From assembly GCA_013265495.1 (NCBI GenBank), contig MU058213.1, positions 6,345,149 through 6,399,871 on the forward strand: a stretch of DNA of 54,723 nt, read 5' to 3'. A program made the position numbers and the translations under genes. This DNA comes from Vicugna vicugna. Its lineage: Eukaryota. Positions 1 through 12,981 of the stretch are shown here, in pieces. A model generated the notes under the pieces. It worked only from the letters and a program-made list of their open reading frames with translations. It was not told the origin of the DNA and searched no databases. Position 1 is the first letter of the stretch; every line of letters starts with the position of its first letter.

Positions 1-279
1 AAGGGATGTGAGGGTTCTGAAGAGAATTACAGCGCAGCCACCGTGGCTATTACTTAATCAGGCACCATTTCAACACCTCTCCCTTCGAGTCAGCCAGCCC
101 TACAGCGGGATTTATTTTCCAGTAAGCGAAATCCCCGCCCGCCGACTCCGAGCCGCTGGGCTTGGAGCTGGGTGGGAAACGGCAGCGGGAGGAGAGGCTA
201 TTTTGGGTGTGGGAACGCGGGGGGAGGAGGGGCGGCGCCGCGGGGCTGGGCGCGGGCGCGGGGAAAGCCTCCAGCTCGG

Positions 280-318
280 GCTGCCACGGCAACCGCGTCC
301 AGGCAACGCGCCCGGAAG
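280..318 (+). promoter_or_regulatory. Two tandem RFX X-box-like motifs plus an ETS motif
   Basis: GCTGCCACGGCAAC (280-293) and GCGTCCAGGCAAC (295-307) resemble the X-box GTNRCC-N0-3-RGYAAC; CCGGAAG at 312-318. Confidence 0.55.
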
Positions 319-329
319 CGGCTCGGGCG

Positions 330-462
330 GCGCGCGGCGGCTCGCGCCCCGCTCCGCTAGGGCCCGCGGCCGGGCTCCCCGCACAGCCCGAGCCAGCGGC
401 CGCCGCACCCAACCGCGTCGGCATGGACACGGGCAGCCGCGGCGCGCCCGCCCCCCGCGCCG
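330..462 (+). other. FAM81A: FAM81A exon 1 (5' UTR; transcription start not determinable, start approximate)
   Basis: Strong donor CCG|GTGAGT at 462/463 inside the CpG island, upstream of the exon 2 acceptor. Confidence 0.65.
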
Positions 463-1262
463 GTGAGTGCCGCGCCCCGGGCCCCCGCCCGGCCGCCTCC
501 GCTCCTCCGCGGCGGGAACTCCCCGCCCCGGGCCCGCTGGTGACCTTGGGGCGGCCGCCGGGGAGCCGGGCTTCGGGGAGAGAGAGCTGAGCGTGGCCCG
601 TGTGACCTGCTGCCCGCGAGAGGGTTAACTGCATGCTGACGCGAAGGGATGAAGTTGGGCACGGAGCGCACCTGGCATTGCATTTTTGCGGGGGCCGGGG
701 GAGCTTGCATGCTAGCAAGCCAGCAGAAACCCCGAGGGACTGTTTGGGGGAGCAGGGGTGGTGCACACATTGCCAGGGGGCAGTGCTAAATCAGCCGTCC
801 CACCACTCGGAGCTGAGTGACCTTGGGCAGATTAACCTCTCTGCCCCCTCCCCACCCCTTTCTCATCTTTAAAAGGAGGGGCTTGGGTTCTTTGCAGTTC
901 CAAGATGCCGTTGTGCCGTCGTGCTGTGAGCTGAGAAGGGACCCCAAGTACTGCAGGTACACAACATACAAGGGTTAGCTATGTTTATTCTATCGGGTTT
1001 CCATTAATTGGCTCTCAAAGTGGTGAGATAGATTGTGGTTTTATGAAAGATTATGGAGAGAAAGCAGTGGCTGGTCCAGAGAGTGGCTTCTCATGATGCC
1101 CGGGTGCTCCAAAGTCATGAACAAAATCAGGGTTAAGACTCCTGAGTTCTTTCCTGTAGTTAATCTAATAGGAAACTTTGTAATTGAACAGGTAGAATCA
1201 AAACCCCAGTAGTGGCAGGCAGCAGCAAATTAAGTGAGTCATTTCTTCAATATGCACGAGGT

Positions 1263-1290
1263 TGTGTGTGTGTGTGTGTGTGTGTGTGTG
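1263..1290. repeat. (TG)n microsatellite
   Basis: Uninterrupted TG run. Confidence 0.95.
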
Positions 1291-2311
1291 TCTGCGCGTG
1301 CGTGTGTGCCTTGCTGCGCTCACACCCTCATCTTAAAGTCTGTGTATGTCAGTGTCAGAAATTATTTCATAGAAGTAAGCAGAAATAATGCTAGAATGAT
1401 CCAAATCCACAGACGTGCTGCTCTCTCCGAAGCAGGGGCAAACATTTAATAAGAGTTTGGTCTGTGAAAGTCAATATGTTCTTTACCGAGAAACATCCAT
1501 AGCATTTGCCCATTGGAGTGCATGTTTGTGTTGAGGCGTGGTGCAGGGAGTGGGAGAGAAGTGCTCTTAAGTCCCAGTAGGCTGTGTCACCTCTTCTAGT
1601 TTTAGCATTGGCTGGATCCCCTTTCTGTATTCTCAGTTCATAAACTTTCGTCTTCCTGGGAGAGGAAAGGGAGGGAATGCCCTGTGCCTCCGGCAGGTTT
1701 CTGGGGTTACCCCTTCTGGCTTTCTGCGCCAAGGTAACCCTTAGTACTCATTTCAGTCTGATTTCATCAGTATAAAAATGTGGGTTGGAAAGAGAGATTT
1801 TTTTCAACGTGAATGAATAAGCTTCTGCGAGCTTGTTTACCTGAGGGTTTAATAATCTTTAATAGTTTATGTGTTAGAAATCTGATAGTATTCAGATAGA
1901 AAAAAGCCTCACTGCCCTAGAATCCAGCCACTAAGCCCTGCCAGCCCTTTACTGAGTCACATCTCGTTATACTTGGAACCTTTATTAACAGGCTATTCAG
2001 CCTCCTCTCTCTGCGAGCCTAGCTAACCTGTGTGTCTCCAACCTGCCTTTCAGTCTCTTATTTCTTACATCCTGCAGCCATATGTCTGTGTTTTCATTTT
2101 GCTGTGGCTGAGTCCATCCCCTGGCCCTCTCCTGCCTCCAGAGCCTGAGTGAACAACTTCACTCAGAACAACCCTCTCCCATCTCACGGGATCAGGGATT
2201 GGGCTGCCACTTGCTTCTCAGTGCTGCCTCCAAACTATTAACCCATCACGAACAGTCTTCTTCCTAAAGGTCGTGCTGTCTGCCTGTGCCCCCTACCCTC
2301 CTTCTTCTGAA

Positions 2312-2548
2312 TCAGTGCTTGCCGAACCTGGTGACTCCGCAGAATCACCCGGAGCACTTTGAAAAATGTGGCTCTTTAGACTCTCCCAAACATACCAAAT
2401 TGAATCATCAAGGTCGCCAAGACCAAAAATCCTGACTTTAAAAACAAACCCAAAAAGAAGAAGGAAGAGGAGGCGAGGGAGGATGGGGAGAGGAATTAGA
2501 GCTCACCAGGTGATTCTGATGTACACCCAGGGTTGGGAATTACTGCGC
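2312..2548. mobile_element. MER5-like hAT-Charlie DNA transposon relic
   Basis: agaatcacccggag...ccaggtgattctgatgtacacccagggttgggaattactg, the typical MER5 inverted-repeat structure. Confidence 0.6.
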
Positions 2549-3612
2549 TTAATGGTACAAAAAAATTAACAAACAAACAGGCAAACAAACATGAGCAACT
2601 AGCTTGGTTCTCTTCTCTGTCTTGTCTCTTATCAGTGACTTTGGCATTTATGTTGAGGCTCTGTTAATTCATTGACCTTGAAGTTCCTCATGATCCTCCG
2701 CATCAGCTTCTAGGGCCTCACTTTACTGCAACCACTCACCTTTGGACTTGTTTAGTCATGGAAATGTTTCCACCTTCAAGATCTGGAACTTGGACGTCAG
2801 TTTGCTTAGCTGATTCTTTCCACCTCCTGCACCAGACTAACCATCACTGAAGACTCTGGTCCCTTAATCACCGCCTCTTCCAGTCTCTCTATGGCTGTAT
2901 TCCTCTGCTTGGAATATATATGTTCCAACCATTTTGGTTTTGTCTGGAATCCCGGAACCCTTTGTCTTAGCATGTGGACTTCTCATATTCCAGCCCTCAA
3001 TCCAGAATCACCCCCATCATCTGTTTTTCCTTCTCCCAGTCTACCAAGTTATCTGCCAAGTTATCACAAAGACTTTTGCATTGGTTCCACTGCAAATTTA
3101 TGCTAGCTCTAATTTCACCTAGGTTTTGCTTTTCTGTGGGAAAAAAAATCCATCTTTTATTAACTCCCAGCTGCATTACTTTAGAGGTTACAGCAACCTT
3201 TTCCAACCTCTAAACTTCCCGTCAGTTTCCTTTCTGGAGCCAGTCTTTTTGTCACTGACAAGACTACGGAGGTCTACTTCTGAGCTTACCGCCCTCTGCT
3301 TTTGTATAAGCTCCCACTGTACCCTCCTCACCTGTCCCCGCCCCTCCTCTTCTTGCCTCATCTTTGTCCTTCTTTATTTCCTTCCTCTGAGGAAGAAGAT
3401 CTCTACCAGCCCTCACCCAAGATTAACTCACATGCACTCCACACTCTCCATTCCCTGGACTTTTCCCCTTCCTTCTTGCGTCTTCTGGGACCTGGCTCCC
3501 TTTGTTACTCCCTTTCTTCTCATTTCTTTGGTCCCTCCTTACTCTACCCCAACCCTCATTCCTCCATATATTCGAGTCATCCTTCTCATAATAACAGGAA
3601 TTGTACTGGAGT

Positions 3613-3843
3613 CCCAGCTCTGTCCACGAGGACTCTGTGCAGTGATGGAAGTATTTGATATCTCTGCTGTCCAATGTGGTGGTCACTCACAGTCACATCG
3701 TCACCAGTAGTCAGGTGTGACTGCTGAGCATGTGAAATGTGGCTAGTGTGGCTGAGCAACTAAACTTCTAATTTTTCTTAATTCTAAGTTCAATTCAATT
3801 CAAATAGTCACCTGGGGTTGGTGGCTATTGGATTGGGCAGTAT
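3613..3843. mobile_element. MER3-like hAT-Charlie relic
   Basis: ctgtccaat...gagcatgtgaaatgtggctagtgtggctgag...gtggctattggattgggcag motifs. Confidence 0.6.
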
Positions 3844-4654
3844 GCCTTCTCGGACATTCTGTCTCCGCATGCACGCAACACACACACACGCACACTCCGC
3901 TTCTGTGCTGAACCGTCCTCAGGTTTCCCCCCTGGGACGACCCCCTCACTTCTTCTGGCCTCACCCTCACCTTTCTGTTGAAACTGCTTTCTTGTAGGGC
4001 TCAGCAGAGGTGTCCAGGTTGCCGAGCTGAAGCCTTTACTCCATCTCCCTCTTTCTTAATCTCTGTCCTGTGTCTGCTGCCGGTGGTCCACCACGCTCCC
4101 CCCACCGCCCCACTCTCTCCTTCCACGTCCCATGTCGCTGGCTGTCCAGGGCCAACTCAGACCTCACTTGTCTCCTTTTTCCTCCCGATTTCTGAATGTG
4201 GCATTCCATGGGATCCTGTCCTGGGCCTCTTCCTCTTCCTCTCCTGGCCTCCTCTCTTCTTGCGTCACCCCCACCTCTGAGCCAGCTAGTGGTTAATGTG
4301 TCTCAGTGGGCATCGTGGCTCACATGTCCTTTAATCCTCACTCTGCCTCTGTGAGGCCGTAGTCTGATCACTGCTCTTAGTAGGTGAAAAACCTGAGAAA
4401 TGAGAATAACTGAAGTGATTGTTATTGTCACCGGTTGTTAAGGATTAGAACTGAGAGAGGACCTCCAGCTGTCTGCCTTCAAGTCCCACTTTTACCCAGA
4501 TTTTGCTCAGTAACACCCTCCACCCAACACCTACAAACCTACATTTCCAGCCCACCCTTCTCTCCGAAATTCCATTCAGAATTTAATACTCTGGAGCCCA
4601 GCTATTTTGTTTCTAAACAGCTATTCATCCCAGCTTCCTTAATCCCTTTTTTCT

Positions 4655-5290
4655 CTTTTTAACTTTTTATTTTGAAATAATTCAGATTTATAGAAGAGTT
4701 GTGAGAATAATTTAAATAGTTTCTAAATACCTCTCATCCAAATTCTATAAATAATAACCGTTCCCCACACTTGCTTTTTCCTCCTCTGGCATTCTCCCTC
4801 TACACATGTGCGCCATACGCACGCACGCGTATGCATGGACCTATGTGGTAATTCTTCCTGAACCCTAACTGAGTTGTAGATAAGAAGCCCCTTTGCCTCC
4901 CCCCTCAAACACTTCTGTGTGTACTTCCTAAAAACACAGGGCTGTTTTCTGGCATAACGAGCGTCAACATCAGTAAATTGATTCTGTACTTTAATCTACA
5001 CACCTTCTTCAAGTGCTACCAAGAGTCCTAGTCCTAATTTACATTCTCTTCCTGGTCCAGGATCTAATCCAGAATCTTGGGCTGCGTTGTCCTACGTGGT
5101 CGCTTCCTTTAGTCTGGACAGTTCCTTAGTCTTTGTCTTTCGTGACCTTGACACTTGAAGGATAATGAGGCTGTGGAATACCCTTTAACTTGGGTTTGTC
5201 TGGAGTTGTCTCATGGTAGATCCAGGTTCTCCATCTCCCGGGAGGCATCTCACAGGGGAGGCGGCGTGTCCCCCTTGGTGCACTTGTGAT
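4655..5290 (-). mobile_element. Old L1 (L1MC/MD-like) 3' end fragment
   Basis: ttttattttgaaataattcagatttatagaagagttg start typical of antisense L1M 3' ends. Confidence 0.55.
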
Positions 5291-8200
5291 GGTTTCTGTG
5301 CAGTCATCAACCTCTCTGTGACCTGCTTTTGCTCTCTTAGGTTATACTGACTCTTCTCCTCTTCACATCCCCACATCCAGTGGGTTGTTGAGGGTCGCGC
5401 TGTTCCCTGCACAGTCTCCTTCAGTTTGTCCCTTCCTTTCCATTCCTACTGTCTCCCCTGTTTCGGACTGTCATGGATTCAAGGCCTCTGCACATAGTCT
5501 TGGAGACTGTTTATCATGACTTACCAACAGGAACCTGTGTACGTGGTAATTTTCGCTGGTCAGTGCTTCCTCTGCTCTGTCCCCCTCCACCTCTTCTCAT
5601 GCTTCCCTGTGTTGACTTAACTCAGCTCTTTAATCCACTCAAATGCCTGCTTCTCAACTGCTTTTCCTGACAGCCCAGTTCAAACCGATCCTGCCCCCTG
5701 CCCAAAGGGAGGCAAGGCCTGGCGTGGACCACCATGGGGCCGAACCAGCCTTTCTACCCCTGTGTGATTGGCCTGTCTGTTCTGTTTCCCTATTGAATTG
5801 AAGCTCCTGGGTACAAGGGCTGTGTCTTATTCAGCACTGCAGAGGTTCAGTGAGTATTTGTTGACTGGACTAAAGTACTTGATTAAAATCAGTAAGCAAA
5901 CACACAGGCTGACCTTAGAGTTGTCTGGTGAGTATGGGACCCATGGTTTACTCCAAGAGGCAGGTGGGTGTTAGTTCCCAATAGGGCCTGTTAGCAAAGC
6001 AATAGGTAATTCGCAAAGGTATTTCCAGGTTGTAAGTGGAATAAATGATCCTGCTCTCTCCACCCGTGACATCATAACTTTGCGTAAACATGTCAACACA
6101 GAGAAAGGATGTATTCAATTGAAAAAAAAAAAGAGTAGAGAAACCTAACATAGCATAATAAAAATGGCCCGTCTATTTCTTCACACCCCAAGTGAGCAGC
6201 TGAATGTGTGAGGAGCAGTTTCTCCAGCTCACATCCTCCTTGGAGCCCTCGAACCACCTGTTCTTTCCTCTCCGTGGTCTCGCCGACTCTCCTCTGTTCC
6301 ATCAGTCAGCCCTGCCTTCCTCCCTCCAGGCTCCCTACACTCTTCCTCCTCTTCCTTATTTCCCTCTTCCTGTCTTCTCCTTTCTCGTGAGAACTCTTCT
6401 CCCTCCCCCTAGATTGATTATTGTATTTTTTGACTCCTTGGATGTGGTTTCACATTCCATAGGTTTTTAATATAAAAGCAGGTGGAAAAGGATCAAACAG
6501 TGGCTTTGCATGGCTCAGTGGGCTTTTGTTGATTTCCCCCGACCACCGCTCAGTAGTTCCTAGTATTGGACAAATGTAGTTATTAGTGATAAGGAAATGG
6601 CTCCTTTGATTATCTCTTTGCTACAGCGGGAAAGTAATCGGGAACATGCTGGTGGACGAACATCGAAAGACCTGAAGTTATTAGTGTCTGTTAAGGCGCA
6701 GTGGCTGCTTGAAGTCAGCAGTCAGATTTTCAGGTGGTGAGCGGTTGAGGAACAACAGCGGTGCTCCTCCTTGACATGTGCCTGCACTTGCTGGCGGCTG
6801 GTCAGCCTCTTTTCCCTCCCAAGGCTGCTTTTGTGAAGATGACATCTTCTCTGGACAGAGTAGCTATAGAAGTGAAGGCAGGAGGTTCTGCTGCTTAGCC
6901 GAATGGGGCTTAAATAACAAGCGTGTTTGTGTGGGAGAGAGTGAGTGGAGTTGCTTTTTCAATATGGAATTCTTAAAACTGTTTAACCGGGAAGATGTTA
7001 TTCAGAAACCCCTGATGCCTTCAGCTTGTTTTTTATTTGTTTCAGATTTCTTTTGCCCCCGTTTTTAATTATCTCTGAAAGAGCTCAGGAATCCTCCTCC
7101 CCTGCTCTCTCTCAAATAGTTACAAAATTAATTACTCCAAATAAGAGTCTCTCATAGCCTGCCGCGTTCTGCAGAGGAGTCCAGCCTCCTCCCGCTGTGG
7201 ACGAGGGAAAGGGCAGAGACTGGAGGCTGGCTCTTTCTTCCAAGCCCCAATCCTTAGCTTTTCAGCCAGAGATTTGTTATCAGGTAGAACCCAAGAGTCA
7301 CGACTAGCGTTCTGTCTGCGTGAGGATACAAAGTCACGCCGTCCCTCCTCCGTGTGATCCTTGATGCATCGGGGGTGTAGGCAGTTTAGGAGCGAGAGAG
7401 TTTACACTGATTTTTAATAATACTTTTGCTGTTCTAGCTGGTGCATTTGGCAGATTCCCTTTTTAACATTTGATAATGTGTCTTCTCTAATGCTAGAAAG
7501 AGAAGTTGCCGAAAATAGCTGTTGATCATAACAAAACACCCTAAAAGTTCTATGAGCTCCTTTCTGGTGTGGGTGCGGGCAGGGCTGAGGGCGCGGAGCC
7601 GTCTGCCGAGCTCACAGCCGGAAGGGGCCCCGAGTCAGCAATCGATATGTCATTTGGGCAGAGCCACTCAATCATTAAAATGATGGTCCTTACCAAATTA
7701 GAAAAACAAGCCAATGAACAAATGTTTATGAGTGTCTGCAAAGGGGCAGCGCGCTGGGCTCATGGGAGTTACAGATTTATATGGTACGTAATCCCTGCTG
7801 CCCTAGAGCAGCTCAGCTGGGGAGACATAATCCATGAAAAGTTCAAATAACAATAGAAGATTTAAATAGCGTTTCAAAATAGCTGTTATTAATAGATGGG
7901 AACAGAAACCAATCTGTTTTTGCAGGGGTTCTCCTAAAACCTTTAGCATCACTCCGAGCTGTGGAGCGTGAATCAGAGCGACATCTGTGGCCCTTGCTTG
8001 GGTTCCAGGGGTTCCGATGATTTCGGCCCACTTATGGCTCCATCTGGATCTGTCAGAGGCCACACGTATGTGGCAGATGTAAGGGAGCCCATCAGTTCTA
8101 CAGCAGTCCCTACCCTGACCCAAGGCCACCGTGAATGTTTTGAGCATTTTGAAGTTCATTTTTCATGGGTCAGAAGTACAGACACCCTTCACCTTTCTAG

Positions 8201-8841
8201 CCCCATCAGAATTCCCCTTGTGAATGTGCTGGCGTGGAGAGGATGCCTGGTAACTTGGGCAGTGCAGGGCTCCATGAGGGCTACAGCAAGGGTTCTGGCT
8301 CAAGCCTCATTATGTGCCCACGGGGAATGGGTAAAAATGAGCAAACCGGAAGTTGTTCTGTCGCTACAGAGTTTCAGTTTTGGAAGTTGAAAAAGTTCTA
8401 GAGATCCGCTGCACAATAGTGTGCATATAGTTAACACTGTGCCGTGTCCTTACAAATGTTTAAGATGGTCTGCTTTATGTTGTATGTTTTTAACCACAGT
8501 AAAAAAGAAAATTAACAGCAAACTTATTTTACCTGGACCACATCATCTTTTAAACCAAGAATCAGCCATATCCCTTTGGTTTTTGTAGCTGAAAATGGGC
8601 AATTTTTTGCTTGCTTGCTTGCTTGCTTACTTTCTTTCTTTTTGCTTTTTTTCTCATTGGTTTATTCTTTGAGAAGTTTTTATTTACATTTTTGTCATTG
8701 TGAAAATACCATACTTGTTAAAGTATTTTCAAAATAAGGAAAAGTGGAATAAAAATGTACCCAGTACCACTACTTATATTTTTATTTATTCTACTGTTCA
8801 AATATATATATGTGTGTGTGTGTATATGTGGGGGGGTTGTT

Positions 8842-8911
8842 TTTTTTTGGGGGGTGGAGGTAATTAGGTTTATTTATTTTTATTTTAGAGGAGATACTGG
8901 GGATTGAACCT
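8842..8911 (-). mobile_element. 5'-truncated camelid-type tRNA-derived SINE
   Basis: ggaggtaattaggtttatttattt...tactggggattgaacc shared with the other copies; stops at the B box. Confidence 0.7.
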
Positions 8912-10607
8912 GAAAAAATTATCATTACAATGGTAGTCCTAGTATTGGAACCCCTGCCACACTCTCTCCAGGATGGTTGAGGGATTTCTGGGTTGCTGGG
9001 GTAATAATATTGAAAACCATGTCAGGGTGTGTCAGGTGAGCATCATTGGCCATTGATGTGATGTGTCCGAGGAGGTGTGAGGATGCTCAATGTCCTAGAG
9101 GCTGTATAAGGCCATATGAACCCTCCTTTGGTAACTTACCCAGATTTCTCCCAGATCCACCTTATAACCACAATGCCAGCTACATCCCCAAATAGCCCAG
9201 TGCTAGCTCAGTATATGTCTTGTAAGGATGGCACATCTATTCTCAAAAATTCTGGCCAGATGCAAGGAGAAGGAAGCTGCCTATTAAGAAGGAGACAGAT
9301 ATGTGCCGTTTCATTTTCTTTGCACGTAATTCGGAGGCACTCCCCCAGTCTGAGCCCCGTCATTAATTTATAGAAAGCTCCTGCTATTATCAGTGGTCCT
9401 TCTTTGACCTTCTTATCAATCTAGATACTTTGGCTTTGGAATTTAGTCATCCCTGGCCTCAGTTGCACAGTCCTCTTCCTCCTCCTTTGACTGAAAACAC
9501 ATGATCTACTCAGATACCAGCTCTTCACACTACACAGCAATTCCAGAGATTTGGCCCAGGGTGGGGTGGGGTGGGGGAGGAAGCATTAAAGGTAGCCTCA
9601 AGTCCAGGAAGCCAGCGCTCATGCAGAGAGGGGCCCGTGGTGGGCAGATGGGAGAGGGATGAAGGCAGGTGAGGCGTGGCCTGGGCACTCAGAGGGGCGG
9701 TGGTCACCTTGTCCTTGGTGACTCATCCATCTCTGCTGGTCGGGCGAGCTCCCCGCCTTGGGGAGGAGGAGGTAGAGAAGAGAAAGGTGGCAGGGGTAGA
9801 GCTTAAAAATTTGCAGGGTCCTCTAAACTCATAAAATGTTTGCACCCCCTAAATTCCGGTTCCGCCGTGGAGCAAAGCTCTGTTTCCAGCCCTTGGTTGT
9901 GGTTCTATATAGTACTGAAAATCCATTTTCAAATCTTGTTCTTATTTAAGAAAAGAACAAAAACCTATACATTATAGCTAGCATATAAATATTTTCTGTT
10001 ACGTCATATTCTTTGTAACCATTATTTTAAATAGCTCTCCATATCCTTCCAAGTGGTTGTGCCATGGCTGAATGAAGTACTCTTTTACTGTTGGACATGT
10101 AACCAGTAGCCATCAGTAGAAATGTTAGCCTCCAGGTAAGATCACATACTGAGTATGAAAGAAGGTGCAAGGGTAGCGACTTGATGGGGATTAGCTATGG
10201 TAGTAGCTCCTTGGTTCTGATTTGATGCTCCCAGAATGTGTAGGGCAAGGCTGAGTTCTATGCAATGTCCCGGAGAGTCTAACAGTTTGACTCCCTTCAA
10301 GCTTGTGGGCTTTACAGATTTGTTTTTTATTTTTTTAAGTGGAGGCAGGAAGAAGCAATTTTTTTCTTTACTTTTCAATGGTGTAGTGAAAAATAAATTG
10401 AAGAAGTAAAACATCGTACGTTTAGTTGAAGCCCCTGTCATCCTCTGTCTGATCCACTTTATCTCCCATTCAGAGAGGAAAATCTCCCTGAATTGGATGT
10501 TTATCATTTCCTTCATCTTTAGATATTATAATTTGGCATATTACTTGGCATAGCTTAAACCTTTATGAAAATGTCATCAGTGTTTATACCCTTCTTCACC
10601 TTGCGGC

Positions 10608-10770
10608 TTTTTTTTTTTTAACTGAAGTGCAGTCGATTTACAATCTTACTTTCAGGTGCACAACAAAGCAATTCAGTTATACACAGACATACACACACAT
10701 ATATATTTTTTCAGATTCTTTTCCATTATATTTTATTACAAGAAATTGAATATAGTTCCCTGTGCTATAT
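10608..10770 (-). mobile_element. L1 3' end fragment (artiodactyl/camelid type)
   Basis: Poly-T then actgaagtgcagtcgatttaca...atagttccctgtgctata, homologous to 25462, 31663, 35359 and 44280. Confidence 0.75.
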
Positions 10771-11489
10771 CAACTTGCTGTTTTACTTAATATATCTGTG
10801 AGATTCATTCACGTTGGGACTTGTAATTCTTAATCCATCTATTTCTACAACCCTTTGTTCTTTCATTGCACGAATATATCACAGTCTATTCATCCATTTG
10901 CCTAAGGTGTCCGGTCCCCGTCTCTGCCCACGTTTTTGGTCTTAGAAACAACACTGCCTTAAGTACTGTTGTAAACAGTCATGTGTGAGAAGCTTCTGGG
11001 TGTTTCTTAGCAGTACAATTATTCTGTCATGAGGGTTGTGCGTCGTTAGCTTTATGAGATATTGGAGATCACTCTCCAAAGTGGTGATGCTGATGCACAC
11101 CCCATCTGGTGTCCTTGTTGGTCCACGTGTATTCCAGGCTATGCTTGATCTTACCTTACTTCTGCCAATCTGATGGGATAAATTGGTATCTCTTGTGTTT
11201 TTATCTCTTGCAGCAGATTCGATTTATTTTATAACTTGCTTCCACCAGCCAAAACAGACCCAATGTTATTAAAAAAAAAAAGTGCTAAAGTTCTTATTCT
11301 TTCTACAATATCCTTTGGAGATTTTTCTAAGCAATGCAACATTTAGACATCTGTTAAATGACCTAAAAGTTAGGTTATGAAATAAATACTCTCTTCCCAG
11401 TAAGCAGAACCACACCCTGTGTGATTTGGTATCAGAATTCCAGCTGTCTGCCCCTGCTGACCGAATCCAGGGGAATGCCACTTGGCTGG

Positions 11490-11600
11490 TGTCTGCTGTA
11501 TCCTGTTGGTTAGGAGTGAGTCACAGGTCCCACCACGCTTGGGGGAAGGGGTGACACAGGTATGAATTCCAGGAGGTGAGGAGGTGGGGGCCACCTTACG
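11490..11600 (-). mobile_element. MLT1-type MaLR LTR fragment
   Basis: Reverse strand resembles the MLT1E/F 5' part (gtggccccc...ctcctggaattcatacctgtgtcaccccttcccc...gggacctgtgact). Confidence 0.5.
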
Positions 11601-12846
11601 TGAGAACCTCTGGCCCTCTGAATAAGTACCTTGCTGTAATCACCACGTATCAGCGTCATAGGCTTAAACATTCAGCCCTGTTAGGGCCGTCAGAGACCAT
11701 CAGATTGCAGAAGACTGATTAGCCAAGTCTGGTTCCCATCAGAGGCATAATGCCAGTGTATTAATTCACCATGAGAAAAGTAGCTCGCAGTTAGCCTGGG
11801 GCTTGCTGAGTCCTTTTTATTTCACCTTTTTGCACGTCCACATAGGAAGCTAACTGATGTGCTTGGTGAGCGTGGGCTCACAGCGAGAAGAGTGAGCAGG
11901 AGTCTCCTCATGGCCAGTGTCACTGGACCACGAGTGCTTAATGCATCCCTCTCCAGAACAGGGTTCTTCCTCCTGCCCCCATTTCTCAGGTTCTTGGAAG
12001 CACTGGTAAATTTTGCCTCTCCAAACTCTGCTGTAGTGGACATGCTGTGTGTACCATCTCTCCTTCTGGCTGCACATTCAGTCCTTGGAATATATTTCAG
12101 TTGACTAAAGCGGGTGTTAGGAAGTGACGTCATTTCAGTCATCTATCCTTGAGATTCGTTCACCCAGCAAACGTTTCTTGATCCGCTACTATGTGCCAGG
12201 CGCGTGGGTTAGAACTGTGGACAGTACAGCTCCCTTTGGCTCACGGTGTAGAGCCAAAGACTGACGCTGAGCCGGTGACCACAAGTGTGGGGCTGTTTGC
12301 CTCATTTCGGTTGTCAGTGGTGTCTGGGATCATTCTCACGGATCTGCTGGTTTCATCCCTTCTTGAGTCTTCAGATTTCTTTGTCAGAGTCTCACCTTAA
12401 CTTCAGTTCTGAAAGTAGCTTGCAATCTGTCCTGTTGACTTTTTATAGTACCTGCGTCATTGCATAGAATGAAGGAAAGTAAGGAAATGAGAGACCAAAA
12501 AGTTGAACTAAACCCTGATTATAAATAGTATTTCAGTGTAACTATCCATTAGTAAGGGGCCGCCTAACAATGTTATGTCCATTTAATGGAATATTATGTA
12601 GGCATTAAGAATTGTGATAGGCATCTTTATATACGGACAGAAAAGCGTTCACGATGTAGTGTCATTTAGGAAATGCAGGGTACACATTGCATACAGTAGG
12701 AGTTCTTTATTTTTTTTTCAAAAAAGGAAAATTGTGTGTATCCTGAAGAGAGATCTTCAAAAAAAGTTAATCGATACAAACACCAGCACTTTCTGAGTGG
12801 GGATTTTCAACTTATTCTTTATACCTTTATGTAGAGCCTAAATTTT

Positions 12847-12981
12847 ATTTTATTTTTTTGGTAGGGGGTAGGTAATTAGGTATTTATTTATTTATTGTAA
12901 TGGAAATACTGGGAATTGAACCTAGGACCTCATACATGATAAGCATGTACTCCACCACTGAGCTATACCCTCCTGACCCCA
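12847..12981 (-). mobile_element. Camelid-type tRNA-derived SINE (Vic-1-like) with 12-bp TSD
   Basis: Reverse strand has A box (tagctcagtggt) and B box (ggttcaattccc); TSD AGCCTAAATTTT at 12835-12846 and 12982-12993. Confidence 0.9.

Larger units (their letters stand above)
130..700. promoter_or_regulatory. CpG island / promoter of FAM81A
   Basis: Very GC-rich and CpG-dense (many CGCG/GCGC, GC boxes) relative to the rest of the window; surrounds the exon 1 donor. Boundaries approximate. Confidence 0.9.

Noticed and set aside
8..770. Several long ORFs (up to 238 aa) on both strands over the 5' end
   Set aside because: Ala/Gly/Pro/Arg-rich frames expected from stop-poor CpG island DNA; no recognisable protein.
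3126..3710. 194-aa plus-strand ORF
   Set aside because: Pyrimidine-rich repeat-like sequence overlapping a MER3-like relic; non-ATG start.
12900..12972. tRNA-like sequences (also near 28370, 31280, 41900 and 44205)
   Set aside because: They are SINE heads with AT-rich tails and TSDs, and are mutually diverged; not tRNA genes.
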